DNA from: a virus
Virus record (IMG/VR): IMGVR_UViG_3300007255_000001
Location: 1-64,000 of that record
DNA length: 64,000 nt
Reading direction: 5' to 3' (one strand)
The translations under genes were made by a program, and so were the position numbers. Shown piece after piece: positions 1 to 9,484 of the stretch (position 1 is its first letter; each line of letters begins with the position of its first letter). The notes under the pieces were generated by a model. It searched no databases. It was not told the origin of the DNA and saw only the letters and a program-made list of their open reading frames with translations.

Positions 1-1
1 C

Positions 2-811
2 TTCAACCCACGGTACTACGAGGTCAACGTCACCGAGTTCCTCGAAGACCTCGAAGTCGAGATGGCCGGCCCGCGCGCCGCCTTCTCGGTGATCCGCACC
101 GACATGCAGCAGGCGGCGCTGACGATCTCGGCGATCCTGGAGATCGCGGCCTTCCGCCACGGGCAGGCGCTCGCGGGCGATGACCGCTCGGCCGAGATCA
201 ACGGCCTCGAAGAAGCGCTGAACGACGGATCGACCGCCTCCTGGGCGGGGAATGTCTTCCCCTCCTATGGCGGCCAGACTCGTGCCGATGTCACCCCAGC
301 CCTGACCCCGCCCGCTGGACTGGTCACCCCAGTGAACACCGTGATCAGCTATCGGGTGCTCCGGCACTCGTACTTCTCGGCGGTCATCGGGAACGAGGCG
401 CCCGGGGTCGGCATCACGACCAACCGGCTCATGGGCTTCATTTCCGAGAACTTCCTGCCGCATCAGGTCATCGACACGACCCAGCCGGAGATCAACTGGC
501 CGGGCCTGAAGTTCGACAAAGCGACGATCATGATGTCGCAGTACGCCCCCGGGCAGGACGGCACCAACGACGCCGACCTGGGGAACTACAACGCCACCGG
601 CGAGACCTTCGCGTGGCTGAACTTCGGCCCGCAGGGGGATGACGCCTACATCCGGCTCTACATCGCGCAGTCCAGCAAGTTCGCCTTCGGGTTCACCGGC
701 TTCAAGGGCGCGCGCGAAGACAACCAAGTCGCCGGGCAGGTGCTCTTCGGAGGCAACCTGACCTTCAAGGCGCTCAGGCTCTCTCGGATCCTGCACGGCT
801 TCACCGCTTAG
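2..811 (+). CDS. Putative major capsid protein, C-terminal part (gene starts before the window)
   Basis: The frame is open from base 2 and continues the 62..811 ORF. It is the first gene of the late block, immediately upstream of small head/connector-like genes. The capsid identity comes from position only. Confidence 0.45.
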   Translation, partial: FNPRYYEVNVTEFLEDLEVEMAGPRAAFSVIRTDMQQAALTISAILEIAAFRHGQALAGDDRSAEINGLEEALNDGSTASWAGNVFPSYGGQTRADVTPALTPPAGLVTPVNTVISYRVLRHSYFSAVIGNEAPGVGITTNRLMGFISENFLPHQVIDTTQPEINWPGLKFDKATIMMSQYAPGQDGTNDADLGNYNATGETFAWLNFGPQGDDAYIRLYIAQSSKFAFGFTGFKGAREDNQVAGQVLFGGNLTFKALRLSRILHGFTA

Positions 812-821
812 GAGGACGATC

Positions 822-1376
822 ATGCCGAACCGCTTTGAACAGCCGGCGATCTACCTCCAGAGTGGGGATCCCGAAGCTGAGAACGTCGCGACGCTCGCGT
901 ATCCGGGCACTCTCGGCGCGCGCTTCACCGTCATCCAACCGAGCCGGGTCGCCCCCGGGGCGGAAGCGGGGCGGTCAAAACGCTACCAACTGATCAAGAC
1001 CGACTCCACGATGACGGTGGCCCCGTACCCGGCGGCAACCGCGTGGTGGTCGGACAAGTCGGCGTATCTGGTCACGACCAACGCGACCAATCGCAACCGC
1101 GTCGCGGGGGTCTTCCAGAACGCGATCACGCCTGGGAACTACGGCTGCGTCCAGATCGGGGGGCCGGCGAGCGTCAAGCTCCTCGACGCCGACATGGCCG
1201 CGGTGGCGATCGGGGAGGCGATCATTCCGTCATCGACCAACGCGAAGGCGACCCGCGTCGCGGTCGGCACCGCCCCGACGCATACGCCGCTCGGCTGGGT
1301 CGCCGGACCGCCGCTCACGGTCGACGCGGCGAACGCGACGGCGGTCGTGGATCTGAACGTGCCGGAGACGACGTAG
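822..1376 (+). CDS. Hypothetical virion protein (possible head decoration/accessory protein)
   Basis: 184-aa ORF 10 nt after the previous stop, on the same strand as the late block, with G/C-rich third codon positions. Confidence 0.6.
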   Translation: MPNRFEQPAIYLQSGDPEAENVATLAYPGTLGARFTVIQPSRVAPGAEAGRSKRYQLIKTDSTMTVAPYPAATAWWSDKSAYLVTTNATNRNRVAGVFQNAITPGNYGCVQIGGPASVKLLDADMAAVAIGEAIIPSSTNAKATRVAVGTAPTHTPLGWVAGPPLTVDAANATAVVDLNVPETT

Positions 1377-1386
1377 GGAGGGACCG

Positions 1387-1695
1387 ATGCCGACCATCGA
1401 TCGCACCATCGGGGCCTACCACGATGCGTCGAATGCGCGCATCCGGAAGATCGGCAACTACACCGGCCCCGCGTCCTACGCGACCGGCGGCGACAGCTTC
1501 ACCGCCGGGGACGTCGGGATGGGGCGGATCGAGATGCTGAACTTCGAGGTCGCGACCAACGGGACGATCATTCAGATCCCGCGCTACGACTACGCGAACA
1601 GCAAGGTCAAGTGGTTCGATCTCGCGGGGAACGAGATCGCCAATGCGACCGTGTTGTCGGCGTACTCGGCACGGTTCGAGGCCATCGGGAAGTAG
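1387..1695 (+). CDS. Hypothetical small virion protein
   Basis: 102-aa ORF, tightly spaced in the late operon, with GGAGGGA upstream of the ATG. Confidence 0.6.
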   Translation: MPTIDRTIGAYHDASNARIRKIGNYTGPASYATGGDSFTAGDVGMGRIEMLNFEVATNGTIIQIPRYDYANSKVKWFDLAGNEIANATVLSAYSARFEAIGK

Positions 1696-1783
1696 GCGAG
1701 CCGGGGTGGGGCCTCGGCGGCTGGGAACCGCGGCGGCCCCTGCCGCGTGTAGCCTCCCTGCCCCCTCGCCTGCGTGAGTCCAT

Positions 1784-2731
1784 ATGGCGCAAGACTTCGG
1801 GTACTGCTGGCGCACGGTCCGGCTGTACGTCCCGCTGGCGCCGTCGTTCCTCGTGCGCGAGTGGGTGAATGGCGCCTGGAAGAAGCTGGCGAAGATGCGA
1901 CACTGGAGTTTCCTGCGGGGGGAGCTGACCTTGCAGATCGCCGCCGAGCGTGCGCCGCTCACTGTCACGGTGACGAAGAATTCAGCGACCGTCACCTCGG
2001 CGGGCCTCTTCCTCGCGGCCGACGCCGGCCGGCAGTTCCGGGTCGGGACCTTCCCGACCTACACGGTGCAGACGTTCACCGACGCCAACACGATCGTGCT
2101 CGACACCGTCTACACTGGGGTGTCCAGCGCGGCCGCCGCCGCGGCGATCTTCGACGGCTTCGCGACGCTCCCGGCCGACTTCGAGTCCTTCCGCCTGATC
2201 GCCGACCCCTACAATCAACGCCGGCTCGCCTACTGGATCTCCGAGGATCAACTGAACCTCCTCGATCCGACCCGCCAAGCCGGCGACAGCGGCCCGCGGA
2301 TCCTGGTCCCGCGCGCGCCCTCGACCTACACGCCGACGCTCGGCCGGGTCCAGTACGAGTACTGGCCGCGCCCCACGGCCGCCCGGGCCTATCCGGCCCG
2401 CTACAACAAACAAGCGGCGCGGATCGATGACACGACCCTCTTCTCGGGTGTCCTCGCCGACGGGGCGGAGGTGCTCGTCGACGGGGCACTCGCAGAGGCG
2501 GCGCTCTGGCCGGGGACCCCCGACCAGAAGAACCCCTACTTCAACACGGATGTCGCGCGCGCGAAGTCCGCCGCCTTCCTCGACGGCATTCAGCGTCTGA
2601 GCCTGCGCGACGACGACCAAGCGCCCGACGATCTGGCGACGGTCCACTGGGAGCGCTGGCCCCTGGCCGATCTCGCCTACAATGACCAATCCCTGCGCGC
2701 GACCGATGCGACGGTCGCCGATCTCTACTGA
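1784..2731 (+). CDS. Head-tail adaptor-like protein (paralogue family 1 of 3)
   Basis: 315 aa. It shares the motif order LPAD-hydrophobic ... W ... WP-x-P ... C-terminal helical region with the ORFs at 10971..11717 and 11714..12343. Confidence 0.55.
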   Translation: MAQDFGYCWRTVRLYVPLAPSFLVREWVNGAWKKLAKMRHWSFLRGELTLQIAAERAPLTVTVTKNSATVTSAGLFLAADAGRQFRVGTFPTYTVQTFTDANTIVLDTVYTGVSSAAAAAAIFDGFATLPADFESFRLIADPYNQRRLAYWISEDQLNLLDPTRQAGDSGPRILVPRAPSTYTPTLGRVQYEYWPRPTAARAYPARYNKQAARIDDTTLFSGVLADGAEVLVDGALAEAALWPGTPDQKNPYFNTDVARAKSAAFLDGIQRLSLRDDDQAPDDLATVHWERWPLADLAYNDQSLRATDATVADLY

Positions 2732-2742
2732 AGGAGTCTCCG

Positions 2743-3039
2743 ATGGCTGATCTCAAATCCCCCTGGGCCAACCCGCCCGCGCCGAATCCCGGGCTTTCCG
2801 GCGACGGCGTGACCAGTAGTGGCAGCGATCCCAATGCTGAAGGCAATCCTGGCCCCGCGGGGCTGCAGAGCCTCTGGCCCACGGAGAAGCAAATCACCAC
2901 GAAGACCGAGATCGCCGAATCCGCCAACTCGGTGAGTGGCCTGCCGTCGCTGCCGAACCGGTTCGAACCGGGGGTCCCCTCCACCATCGAACCCCCGAAC
3001 CTGCAGGATCGGAGCCCGGCGAACGTCGATAAGGCCTGA
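2743..3039 (+). CDS. Hypothetical Pro/Gly/Ser-rich small protein
   Basis: 98-aa ORF with GGAG upstream. It is low complexity (PNPGLSGDGVTSSGSDPNAEGNPGPAG). Confidence 0.5.
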   Translation: MADLKSPWANPPAPNPGLSGDGVTSSGSDPNAEGNPGPAGLQSLWPTEKQITTKTEIAESANSVSGLPSLPNRFEPGVPSTIEPPNLQDRSPANVDKA

Positions 3040-3041
3040 CC

Positions 3042-3347
3042 GTGGCGCTCCGGTCCTACAACCTCTCGCTGGCCGGCGTCGCGAAGCGCCTCTCCGACGT
3101 CTACGGCGACGGAGTGGGCGTGATCAATGCCGCCAATGACATCCCGTACCGGATGCTCCTCCTCCAGGCGGAGACCGGCGCGATCCAGATCGGGTCGGCG
3201 TCGACTGTCTCCGCCACCGTCTACGGGGTCTCGATTGCCGTCGGTGCGATCGTCCCCCTCGGCCCGTTCGAGGCCGGCCCGATCAAGCTCTCCGACTACT
3301 ACGCGTTCGGGACGGGGACGCTGCACATCCTGGCGATCCCGTACTGA
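3042..3347 (+). CDS. Hypothetical virion protein
   Basis: 101-aa ORF with a GTG start 2 nt after the previous stop. Confidence 0.55.
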   Translation: MALRSYNLSLAGVAKRLSDVYGDGVGVINAANDIPYRMLLLQAETGAIQIGSASTVSATVYGVSIAVGAIVPLGPFEAGPIKLSDYYAFGTGTLHILAIPY

Positions 3348-3358
3348 CAGGAGTCTCC

Positions 3359-3808
3359 ATGGCGAATTACGCAGTCCGACTCCGCCGTACCGCCTCCGCG
3401 TCTGCCTCCCTCGGCGTCGTCGTCGCCGACGCGACCCGGCCCCGCCGTGGGGAGGTGTACGAGTGGATCCTCGGATCGGAGGCGGCGCCGGCCGATAACG
3501 TCTTTCTCTACATCCTGCAGCGCATCACCACCGCGGGAACCTCCACGGTCGTCACCCCGCAGCCGATCGATCCGGCAGACGCCGCCACCGAGTTCGACGC
3601 GGGCGAGAACGTCACCGTCGAGCCGACCTACACCGCCAACGCCTTCATGCTCGATATCCCGCTCAATCAAAGGGCCACCTTCCGGTGGATCGCCAACGAC
3701 ACCTCGCGGCTGGTCTGGCCGGCGACCGCGTCGAACGGGTTCGGGATCTCGACCCCGACGATGACCGCGGTGGCGATTACCTCGCAGCTCTTGGTGAACG
3801 AGCGCTGA
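3359..3808 (+). CDS. Hypothetical virion protein
   Basis: 149-aa ORF with GGAG upstream, in the late operon. Confidence 0.6.
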   Translation: MANYAVRLRRTASASASLGVVVADATRPRRGEVYEWILGSEAAPADNVFLYILQRITTAGTSTVVTPQPIDPADAATEFDAGENVTVEPTYTANAFMLDIPLNQRATFRWIANDTSRLVWPATASNGFGISTPTMTAVAITSQLLVNER

Positions 3809-4059
3809 TGCGGTGGCGGGTGGTGTTCGATCGGCCCGTGTGGACGCAGCCCGATCACCCGAGCGCGCGGCGGCTGGTGTCCGAGCTGCGGATCCATGCG
3901 CCGGACGCGGCGAGCGCCGAGCGGCATGCGGTCCGGGTCACGGTGGGCGAGGTCGTCATCCTCGCGACGGCGGAGGCGCCGCCGCCGGACCCGCTGCCGC
4001 CCGAGACGCCCGAGCCCGACCCGCCACCGCTCCACATCGATCCGGGGTCCTATGCGTAA
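3808..4059 (+). CDS. Hypothetical protein with Pro-rich C-terminus
   Basis: The ATG at 3808 overlaps the preceding TGA (TGATG). This is the in-frame internal start of the 3685..4059 ORF. Confidence 0.5.
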   Translation: MRWRVVFDRPVWTQPDHPSARRLVSELRIHAPDAASAERHAVRVTVGEVVILATAEAPPPDPLPPETPEPDPPPLHIDPGSYA

Positions 4060-4384
4060 GCCGGGCGGCTACGTCACCATCGTCGACCCCGACGCCCCGC
4101 TCGCCGAGTACGACACGGCGAGCTGTGGGCACTGCCAGCGGATTCTCCTGACGAAGCCCGGCTCCGCCGCGACGACCTATCTCCTCCCGGTCTACCCGGT
4201 CACGCGCGAGACCGTCGGCCACTACCACGAGGTACCCGGCGCCTTCTGCCGGATCTGCATGCGGCCGATCTGCCTGCCCTGTTACGATCGATCCCTCACC
4301 GCCTCCATCCCGTGTGTGGTGTGGGAACGGCGGCTCGAAGCGAGTGAACGGCGTGCACGGTTGCGCCAAGTCGCTAGTGAGTAA
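4052..4384 (+). CDS. Cys-rich (zinc-finger-like) small protein
   Basis: Internal ATG of the 3896..4384 ORF. Motifs CGHC ... CRIC ... CLPC ... C. Confidence 0.5.
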   Translation: MRKPGGYVTIVDPDAPLAEYDTASCGHCQRILLTKPGSAATTYLLPVYPVTRETVGHYHEVPGAFCRICMRPICLPCYDRSLTASIPCVVWERRLEASERRARLRQVASE

Positions 4385-4390
4385 TCGTCG

Positions 4391-6994
4391 ATGGCCGTCT
4401 TAGTCAGTGGTGCGAATGGCAATCTCACCGCGGCTGGGACGTGGCAGCAGGCGGATGCGGGGGGCGCGGGGGACAACCAGATCACGCTCATCTCGACGTC
4501 GACGGCCTCGACGAGCCTCACGACCGGGAATCTCGATTCGGCGACGTTTGTCGCGGGCGCGGTCACGGTCGACGGCGTCGCGCTCAAGCTTGCCACGCGC
4601 GCCGCCGGATCGCCGACCAACACGCTCACGGTCATCCTGCGGAATTCCACCGGCGCGATCGACGTCGCGACCGTCGTCGTCAATGTCAGCGATCTCGATT
4701 CGTGCGACACCACCCAACTGCAGGGCGGCTGGTACTTCTTCAGGTTCTCCGCGCCGGTGCTGCTCCTCGCCGCGACGAACTATGTGATCCGTCTGACGCT
4801 CTCGGCGACGTCCACCGCCGTCGCCTTCCATACCAACGGCACCGCGAACAACTGGCAACGGATCCTCCGTACGACGACGACCGCCGCGCCGGCGGTCGGC
4901 GATGATCTCCACCTGGTCGGGGAGTTCGACGGCGCGGCCTCGCCGGCGACGACCGTCTCCCGCAGCGTTACGATGAACGAAACCGCCGCGACCGATTATG
5001 GGGCGGCCTCGACGAGCGTCGTCACGCCGTCCCTCTCGGTCAACAAGCGGGCGACCCTCGTCTGGGGCACCGCGGCGGCGACGAACTACCGCCTCCGCCA
5101 ATCCGGGAACCTCGTCGTCTTCAGCGGCGGGACGCTCACCATGGGCTCCTCGGGCACGCCCTGCCCCCGTGACAGCAGCTACCTCCTGGAGTTCGACTGC
5201 GCGGCGGACGGCGACTTCGGGATCACCGTGAAAGACGGCGGCACCTTCACCGCCTATGGGCAATCGCGCTCCGCCGGCAAGACGATCTGGAAGACGAAGC
5301 TCTCGGCCGATCACGCGGCGGCGGCGACGACGATCACCGTGCTCGATGACACCGGCTGGCTGAACGGCGACGACGTCGGGATCGCCCCGACCGCGCAGAC
5401 CTCCTCGCAGTTCGAGCGCCGGACGCTGAACGCGAATGCCGGCGCCTCATCCTTCACCGTCTCCTCGGGGCTGACCAACGCGCATCTCGGCTCGGGCGAT
5501 TACTTCGCCGAGATCCTCCTCCTCACCCGCAACGTCCGGATCGAAGCGGTCACGACGACCCTGACGTGGTACTTCGAGTGGCGCGCGGCCTCGATCGTCG
5601 CGTGTGAGTGGGTCTCGTTCCGCTATCTCTCCGGGGGTGCGCACGATGCGACGATCTACACCCAGACGACCGGCAGCCTCACCCACCGCTACTGCGTCTT
5701 CCAGGATCTCGACGGCCAGATCATCACCTCGGGCAACCATGGCGGCTGGACGATCGATCAGTCGGCCTTCTACAACATGCGGGTGAGCACGTACTTCCTC
5801 CATCTCACCTCGACGACGGCGACCTGGACGATCACCGATCTGAACTTCCTGGGCAACGCCGGCTCACTCGCGGCGATCCGGTTCGACGACTTCGGCGGGT
5901 CGATTGGCAGCCTCACGATTTCCGGGTGCTCCGGCTCGGTCGTCGGGGTGATCTCGATCAACGAATCGGTCGTCGAGAGCGCGAACGGGCCGACGCTCTC
6001 GGGCACCTGGGTCGCCCACTCCAACGCGGGCTGGCCGATCGATATCCTGGTCTCGCTCCGCGACGTGACCTTCCCGCGGACCGAGTTCTGGCGGCACCTG
6101 ACGCGGGGCGTGAACGTCGAGGTCGGCATCGGGCTCGACAACGTCGAGTTCAACGGCGGGTTCTGGCTGGCGAATGGCCCGTCCGGGGAGGAGCCCTGCG
6201 GGATCCGGTTCGCCCGTGGCAACCCCCTGAACGATGTGCGCTTCCGCGATCTCGATATCGCGAGCGACTCCAGCGTGACGATCCACTGGGGCTGCCTCTT
6301 CGACAAGAATCAGATCGTCGCGTCGAACCTGCAATGGATCAACTGCCGGTTCTCTCAGAACACCGGCACTCGCCGTCCGGTGACCGTGGCGGATATTGGC
6401 TTCGCGGCGGACGTCGCGCCGGGGACGATCTGCGCGACCGGGGTCGCCATCAACTGCAGCTTCGGCTCCTCCGGCACCCCGATCAGCTTCTACTACGCCT
6501 CCGGCCCGACCCCGTCCCGCTGCTCGAAGTACAGTGCGATCCGCTGCCCGATGTACGGCCAGTCCGCCACCGCGCACCGCACCTATACCCCGCGCGCGAC
6601 GCTCGCGATCGAGACGGGCACGGTCGATGTGACCCCCGGGCTGAAGATCTCCCCGCTCGAAGGGACGACGACGTCCTTCGACTCGAACTGTTATCAGCCC
6701 GGCTGGGGGTTCCTCGTCCCGGTCGTCTCGGGCGCCTCCGCCACGGTGAGTGTCAAGGTGCAGATTGACGCGAGCTACAACGGCGCGACGATGCCGCAGC
6801 TCGTGGTGCTCCGGAACGATCAGGTGGGGATCACCGCGGACACCGTCCTCGCGACGCATCCGGGCGGGTCCGGGACCTTCCAGACGCTCTCAGCGGCGAC
6901 GCCCGTGGCGACGGCTGATGGGGCCTTCGAGCTCGTCGTGCGGGTGTACGGCACCGCCGGGAACGTCTTCGTCGATACGTGGGCTGCAGTCTAG
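4391..6994 (+). CDS. Large tail fibre/tailspike-like protein with probable parallel beta-helix repeats
   Basis: 867 aa. Long runs of short repeats alternate hydrophobic residues with N/G/S/T turns (for example WTITDLNFLGNAGSLAAIRFDDFGGSIGSLTISGCSGSVVGVISINES). Located in the tail module. Confidence 0.6.
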   Translation: MAVLVSGANGNLTAAGTWQQADAGGAGDNQITLISTSTASTSLTTGNLDSATFVAGAVTVDGVALKLATRAAGSPTNTLTVILRNSTGAIDVATVVVNVSDLDSCDTTQLQGGWYFFRFSAPVLLLAATNYVIRLTLSATSTAVAFHTNGTANNWQRILRTTTTAAPAVGDDLHLVGEFDGAASPATTVSRSVTMNETAATDYGAASTSVVTPSLSVNKRATLVWGTAAATNYRLRQSGNLVVFSGGTLTMGSSGTPCPRDSSYLLEFDCAADGDFGITVKDGGTFTAYGQSRSAGKTIWKTKLSADHAAAATTITVLDDTGWLNGDDVGIAPTAQTSSQFERRTLNANAGASSFTVSSGLTNAHLGSGDYFAEILLLTRNVRIEAVTTTLTWYFEWRAASIVACEWVSFRYLSGGAHDATIYTQTTGSLTHRYCVFQDLDGQIITSGNHGGWTIDQSAFYNMRVSTYFLHLTSTTATWTITDLNFLGNAGSLAAIRFDDFGGSIGSLTISGCSGSVVGVISINESVVESANGPTLSGTWVAHSNAGWPIDILVSLRDVTFPRTEFWRHLTRGVNVEVGIGLDNVEFNGGFWLANGPSGEEPCGIRFARGNPLNDVRFRDLDIASDSSVTIHWGCLFDKNQIVASNLQWINCRFSQNTGTRRPVTVADIGFAADVAPGTICATGVAINCSFGSSGTPISFYYASGPTPSRCSKYSAIRCPMYGQSATAHRTYTPRATLAIETGTVDVTPGLKISPLEGTTTSFDSNCYQPGWGFLVPVVSGASATVSVKVQIDASYNGATMPQLVVLRNDQVGITADTVLATHPGGSGTFQTLSAATPVATADGAFELVVRVYGTAGNVFVDTWAAV

Positions 6995-7003
6995 GAGGGG
7001 GCA

Positions 7004-7492
7004 ATGGCGACGACCTACAAACCCGCGTACGGGACGAACAACCAAGCGATTACGATCACGATCGCCTCGCTCGCCGCCTCGGCGACGGTCGGTCGCGCCT
7101 CGACCGCCATCGACAACACGACTGCGCTCCTGCTCGACGCCTACGTGTTCGTGTTCGTGGAGACCGGCACGGTCAGCGGCAACAAGCAGGTCCTGCTCTA
7201 CGTCTACGGCACCGTGGACGGGGGCACGACCTACACCGAAGGGGTGAGCGGCACCGACGCCAGCTTCACGCGCGCTGACCCGTCGCTCCTCAAGCCGCTC
7301 GCGGTGATCCCGGTGCCGACCAATGCGACGGTGTATAAGGCCGGCCCCTTCTCCGTCGCCCAGGCCTTGGGCCTCCCGTTCCTCCCCGCCTTCTGGGGGA
7401 TCGCCCTCTTCAACGACTCGGGCGCCGCGCTCTCCGCGACCGCCGGCAACAACAAAGCCATCTACCAGGGCGTGCAGGGGCAGGGGGTCTAG
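7004..7492 (+). CDS. Hypothetical tail-associated protein
   Basis: 162-aa ORF with GGAGGGGG upstream, rich in beta-strand-type sequence. Confidence 0.6.
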   Translation: MATTYKPAYGTNNQAITITIASLAASATVGRASTAIDNTTALLLDAYVFVFVETGTVSGNKQVLLYVYGTVDGGTTYTEGVSGTDASFTRADPSLLKPLAVIPVPTNATVYKAGPFSVAQALGLPFLPAFWGIALFNDSGAALSATAGNNKAIYQGVQGQGV

Positions 7493-8515
7493 GTGATCAC
7501 GACCATCCTCTCCCCACGCGCAGGCGGGGCCAAACCCACAGGGGGCGCCCCGCTTGTCGCCCATTCCCCGCTGCGCCAAGGGCTCGCCTATGCGGCGCTC
7601 TTCCCGGAGATCGGCGGGGCCGCCTGCGCGAATGCGGTGGATCAGGTCCGGGGGACCTTCGGCGGATCGACCAAGCCCTCCTGGTCAGGGTCGTTCCTCT
7701 CCTTCCCCGGTGGCGCCAACACCGTCGCGTATCTCGACTACGGCACGGCGATGCCGCAGACCCAGGATCTCGCCCTCTCGGCCTTCAGTGTCGCCGGGCG
7801 GATCTACTACAAGGGCGGGGACGGTGGGATCTGTGAGCGCAACGACGGCAACACGGTCGACCAAGGCTGGGAAGTGAACATCAGCAGCGCGAACAACCGC
7901 TTCGGGATGGTCTACGTCCGCTCCTCGGTCGATCTCGTGCAGTATGTCGCCGCCCCGACGCAGAACAAGTGGGTGACCTTCGCGATCACGGTGCTGGCCG
8001 GCCCGGCGATCGGGGGCATCTATTTCGACGGGGTGAAGCAGACCTCGGTGGTGTCGCAGGCGGGGACCGGCACGCAGAGCAGCGACGCCTCGCGGACCTT
8101 CTACGTCGGCCGCTCGACCTTCACGAATCAGAGTGCGGGCAACGGGAGCTTCAACGGGCTGATCGATTGCCTCTACTGCTGGCGCCGGCTGCTCCGGCAC
8201 GAAGAGATCCTGCAGCTCCAGATCGATCCCTACGCGCCGTTCCGTCGGCGCGCCCCCGTCGGTGGAGGCGTCGTGACGGCGCTCGCGCCCTCGACCTACG
8301 CGGGGACGCTGGCCTACTGGCATCAGGGCCTGCCCTTCGACAGCCAAGGGACCGATCCGACCGCCCTCCGGTTCTGGCTTCAGGGCCTCCCGGTCGTCCG
8401 CCGCACGGTCGCGGGCGCCGCGTCCGGCCCCTCGGTCGACACGTTCGCAGCGATCCTGATGTCAACCGGCGCGATTGAGCGGACCCGGCCGGCCACGCGC
8501 GTGGTGAGCTACTGA
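7493..8515 (+). CDS. LamG/concanavalin-A-like lectin domain protein (candidate receptor-binding protein, copy A)
   Basis: Typical LamG-type motif order: NKWVTFAITV ... IYFDGV ... TFYVGR ... FNGLIDCLYCWRRLL. The C-terminus carries W-x-QGLP repeats. GTG start directly after the previous stop. Confidence 0.65.
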   Translation: MITTILSPRAGGAKPTGGAPLVAHSPLRQGLAYAALFPEIGGAACANAVDQVRGTFGGSTKPSWSGSFLSFPGGANTVAYLDYGTAMPQTQDLALSAFSVAGRIYYKGGDGGICERNDGNTVDQGWEVNISSANNRFGMVYVRSSVDLVQYVAAPTQNKWVTFAITVLAGPAIGGIYFDGVKQTSVVSQAGTGTQSSDASRTFYVGRSTFTNQSAGNGSFNGLIDCLYCWRRLLRHEEILQLQIDPYAPFRRRAPVGGGVVTALAPSTYAGTLAYWHQGLPFDSQGTDPTALRFWLQGLPVVRRTVAGAASGPSVDTFAAILMSTGAIERTRPATRVVSY

Positions 8516-8516
8516 C

Positions 8517-9107
8517 GTGACCCCGAATGACTGGCTGATCCCGGTCTTCCCCGATCGGCTGCCGCCGCGGCCGTCCCCGCGCGCGAGTTGGCCCTCGGTG
8601 TTCAGCGGGGTGCACAACCGGGCGATCTTCCCGGTGGCGGATGTGCTCGCCTCGGTCACCTTCTTTCCGGTGATGCCGGAGCGGCGGGCCATCAGCCGCC
8701 CAGTCGCCGAGCGGCTCGTCGTGACCTCGCCGGGGGTGTTGGCCCCGCCTGCGATTCCACCCCTCGCGCTCTGGCCCGAGCGGCCGGTCCGGGGGATCGC
8801 GGCGCGGGCGATGGCCCAGTGGGCCGCGGGCGCCGTCGCCCCACCCCTGGGGGAGCTGATCCTGATCGGGCAGTACCAGGCGTGGCGCCCGACCTATCCC
8901 GCCCGCGGCGTGCCCGCCGGGCGCTTCACCTCGGGGGAGGCGTTCATGGCGATTCTGCCGGCGGTCGCCGCCGCGGGGGTGAGCTGTGTGGAATGGGGGC
9001 CGGAGGCGCTGACCCGGACCGACCTCACGAGTGAGACCGTCGCCATACCGGATCTGAGTAGCGAGGTGCGCACCGCCCCGGATCTGCTGCGGGAGGAGGT
9101 CTGCTGA
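8517..9107 (+). CDS. Hypothetical protein, partner of the LamG protein (W-L-x-x-FPD N-terminal motif)
   Basis: 196-aa ORF starting 1 nt after the LamG gene. Its N-terminal DWLIPVFPDRLPPRP resembles SWLPHFPDTVQHRPP of 10524..10961. Confidence 0.5.
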   Translation: MTPNDWLIPVFPDRLPPRPSPRASWPSVFSGVHNRAIFPVADVLASVTFFPVMPERRAISRPVAERLVVTSPGVLAPPAIPPLALWPERPVRGIAARAMAQWAAGAVAPPLGELILIGQYQAWRPTYPARGVPAGRFTSGEAFMAILPAVAAAGVSCVEWGPEALTRTDLTSETVAIPDLSSEVRTAPDLLREEVC

Positions 9108-9484
9108 TGCCGGATCCCAAACCCTTCGACGTCCTCGAGAAGACCTCCGGCCAGTACACCGCCACGATTGTCGGGAATGACGGCGTGACAGCGCTCCCGG
9201 GCGCGACGCTCTCGACCCTGACGCTCACACTCTATGTGATCAAGGCCGATGGGACGACCGCCTATATCAACAGCCGCAACCACCAGAACGTGCTCAACAC
9301 CGCGAATGTGACGGTCTCGGCCGCCGGCCTCGTCACCTGGATCTACCAAGTCGCCGACACCACGCTGAACGACGCCACGCTTCTCTTCGAGCGCCATATC
9401 GCGCTCTTCGAGTGGACGTGGCCCGCGGGGGCGGGCAAGCATGAAGTCGTGCTGGTCGTCCGCAACTTGACCGAGGTGACCTGA
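9107..9484 (+). CDS. Hypothetical beta-sandwich-like tail protein
   Basis: 125-aa ORF. The ATG overlaps the previous TGA by 1 nt. Confidence 0.55.
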   Translation: MPDPKPFDVLEKTSGQYTATIVGNDGVTALPGATLSTLTLTLYVIKADGTTAYINSRNHQNVLNTANVTVSAAGLVTWIYQVADTTLNDATLLFERHIALFEWTWPAGAGKHEVVLVVRNLTEVT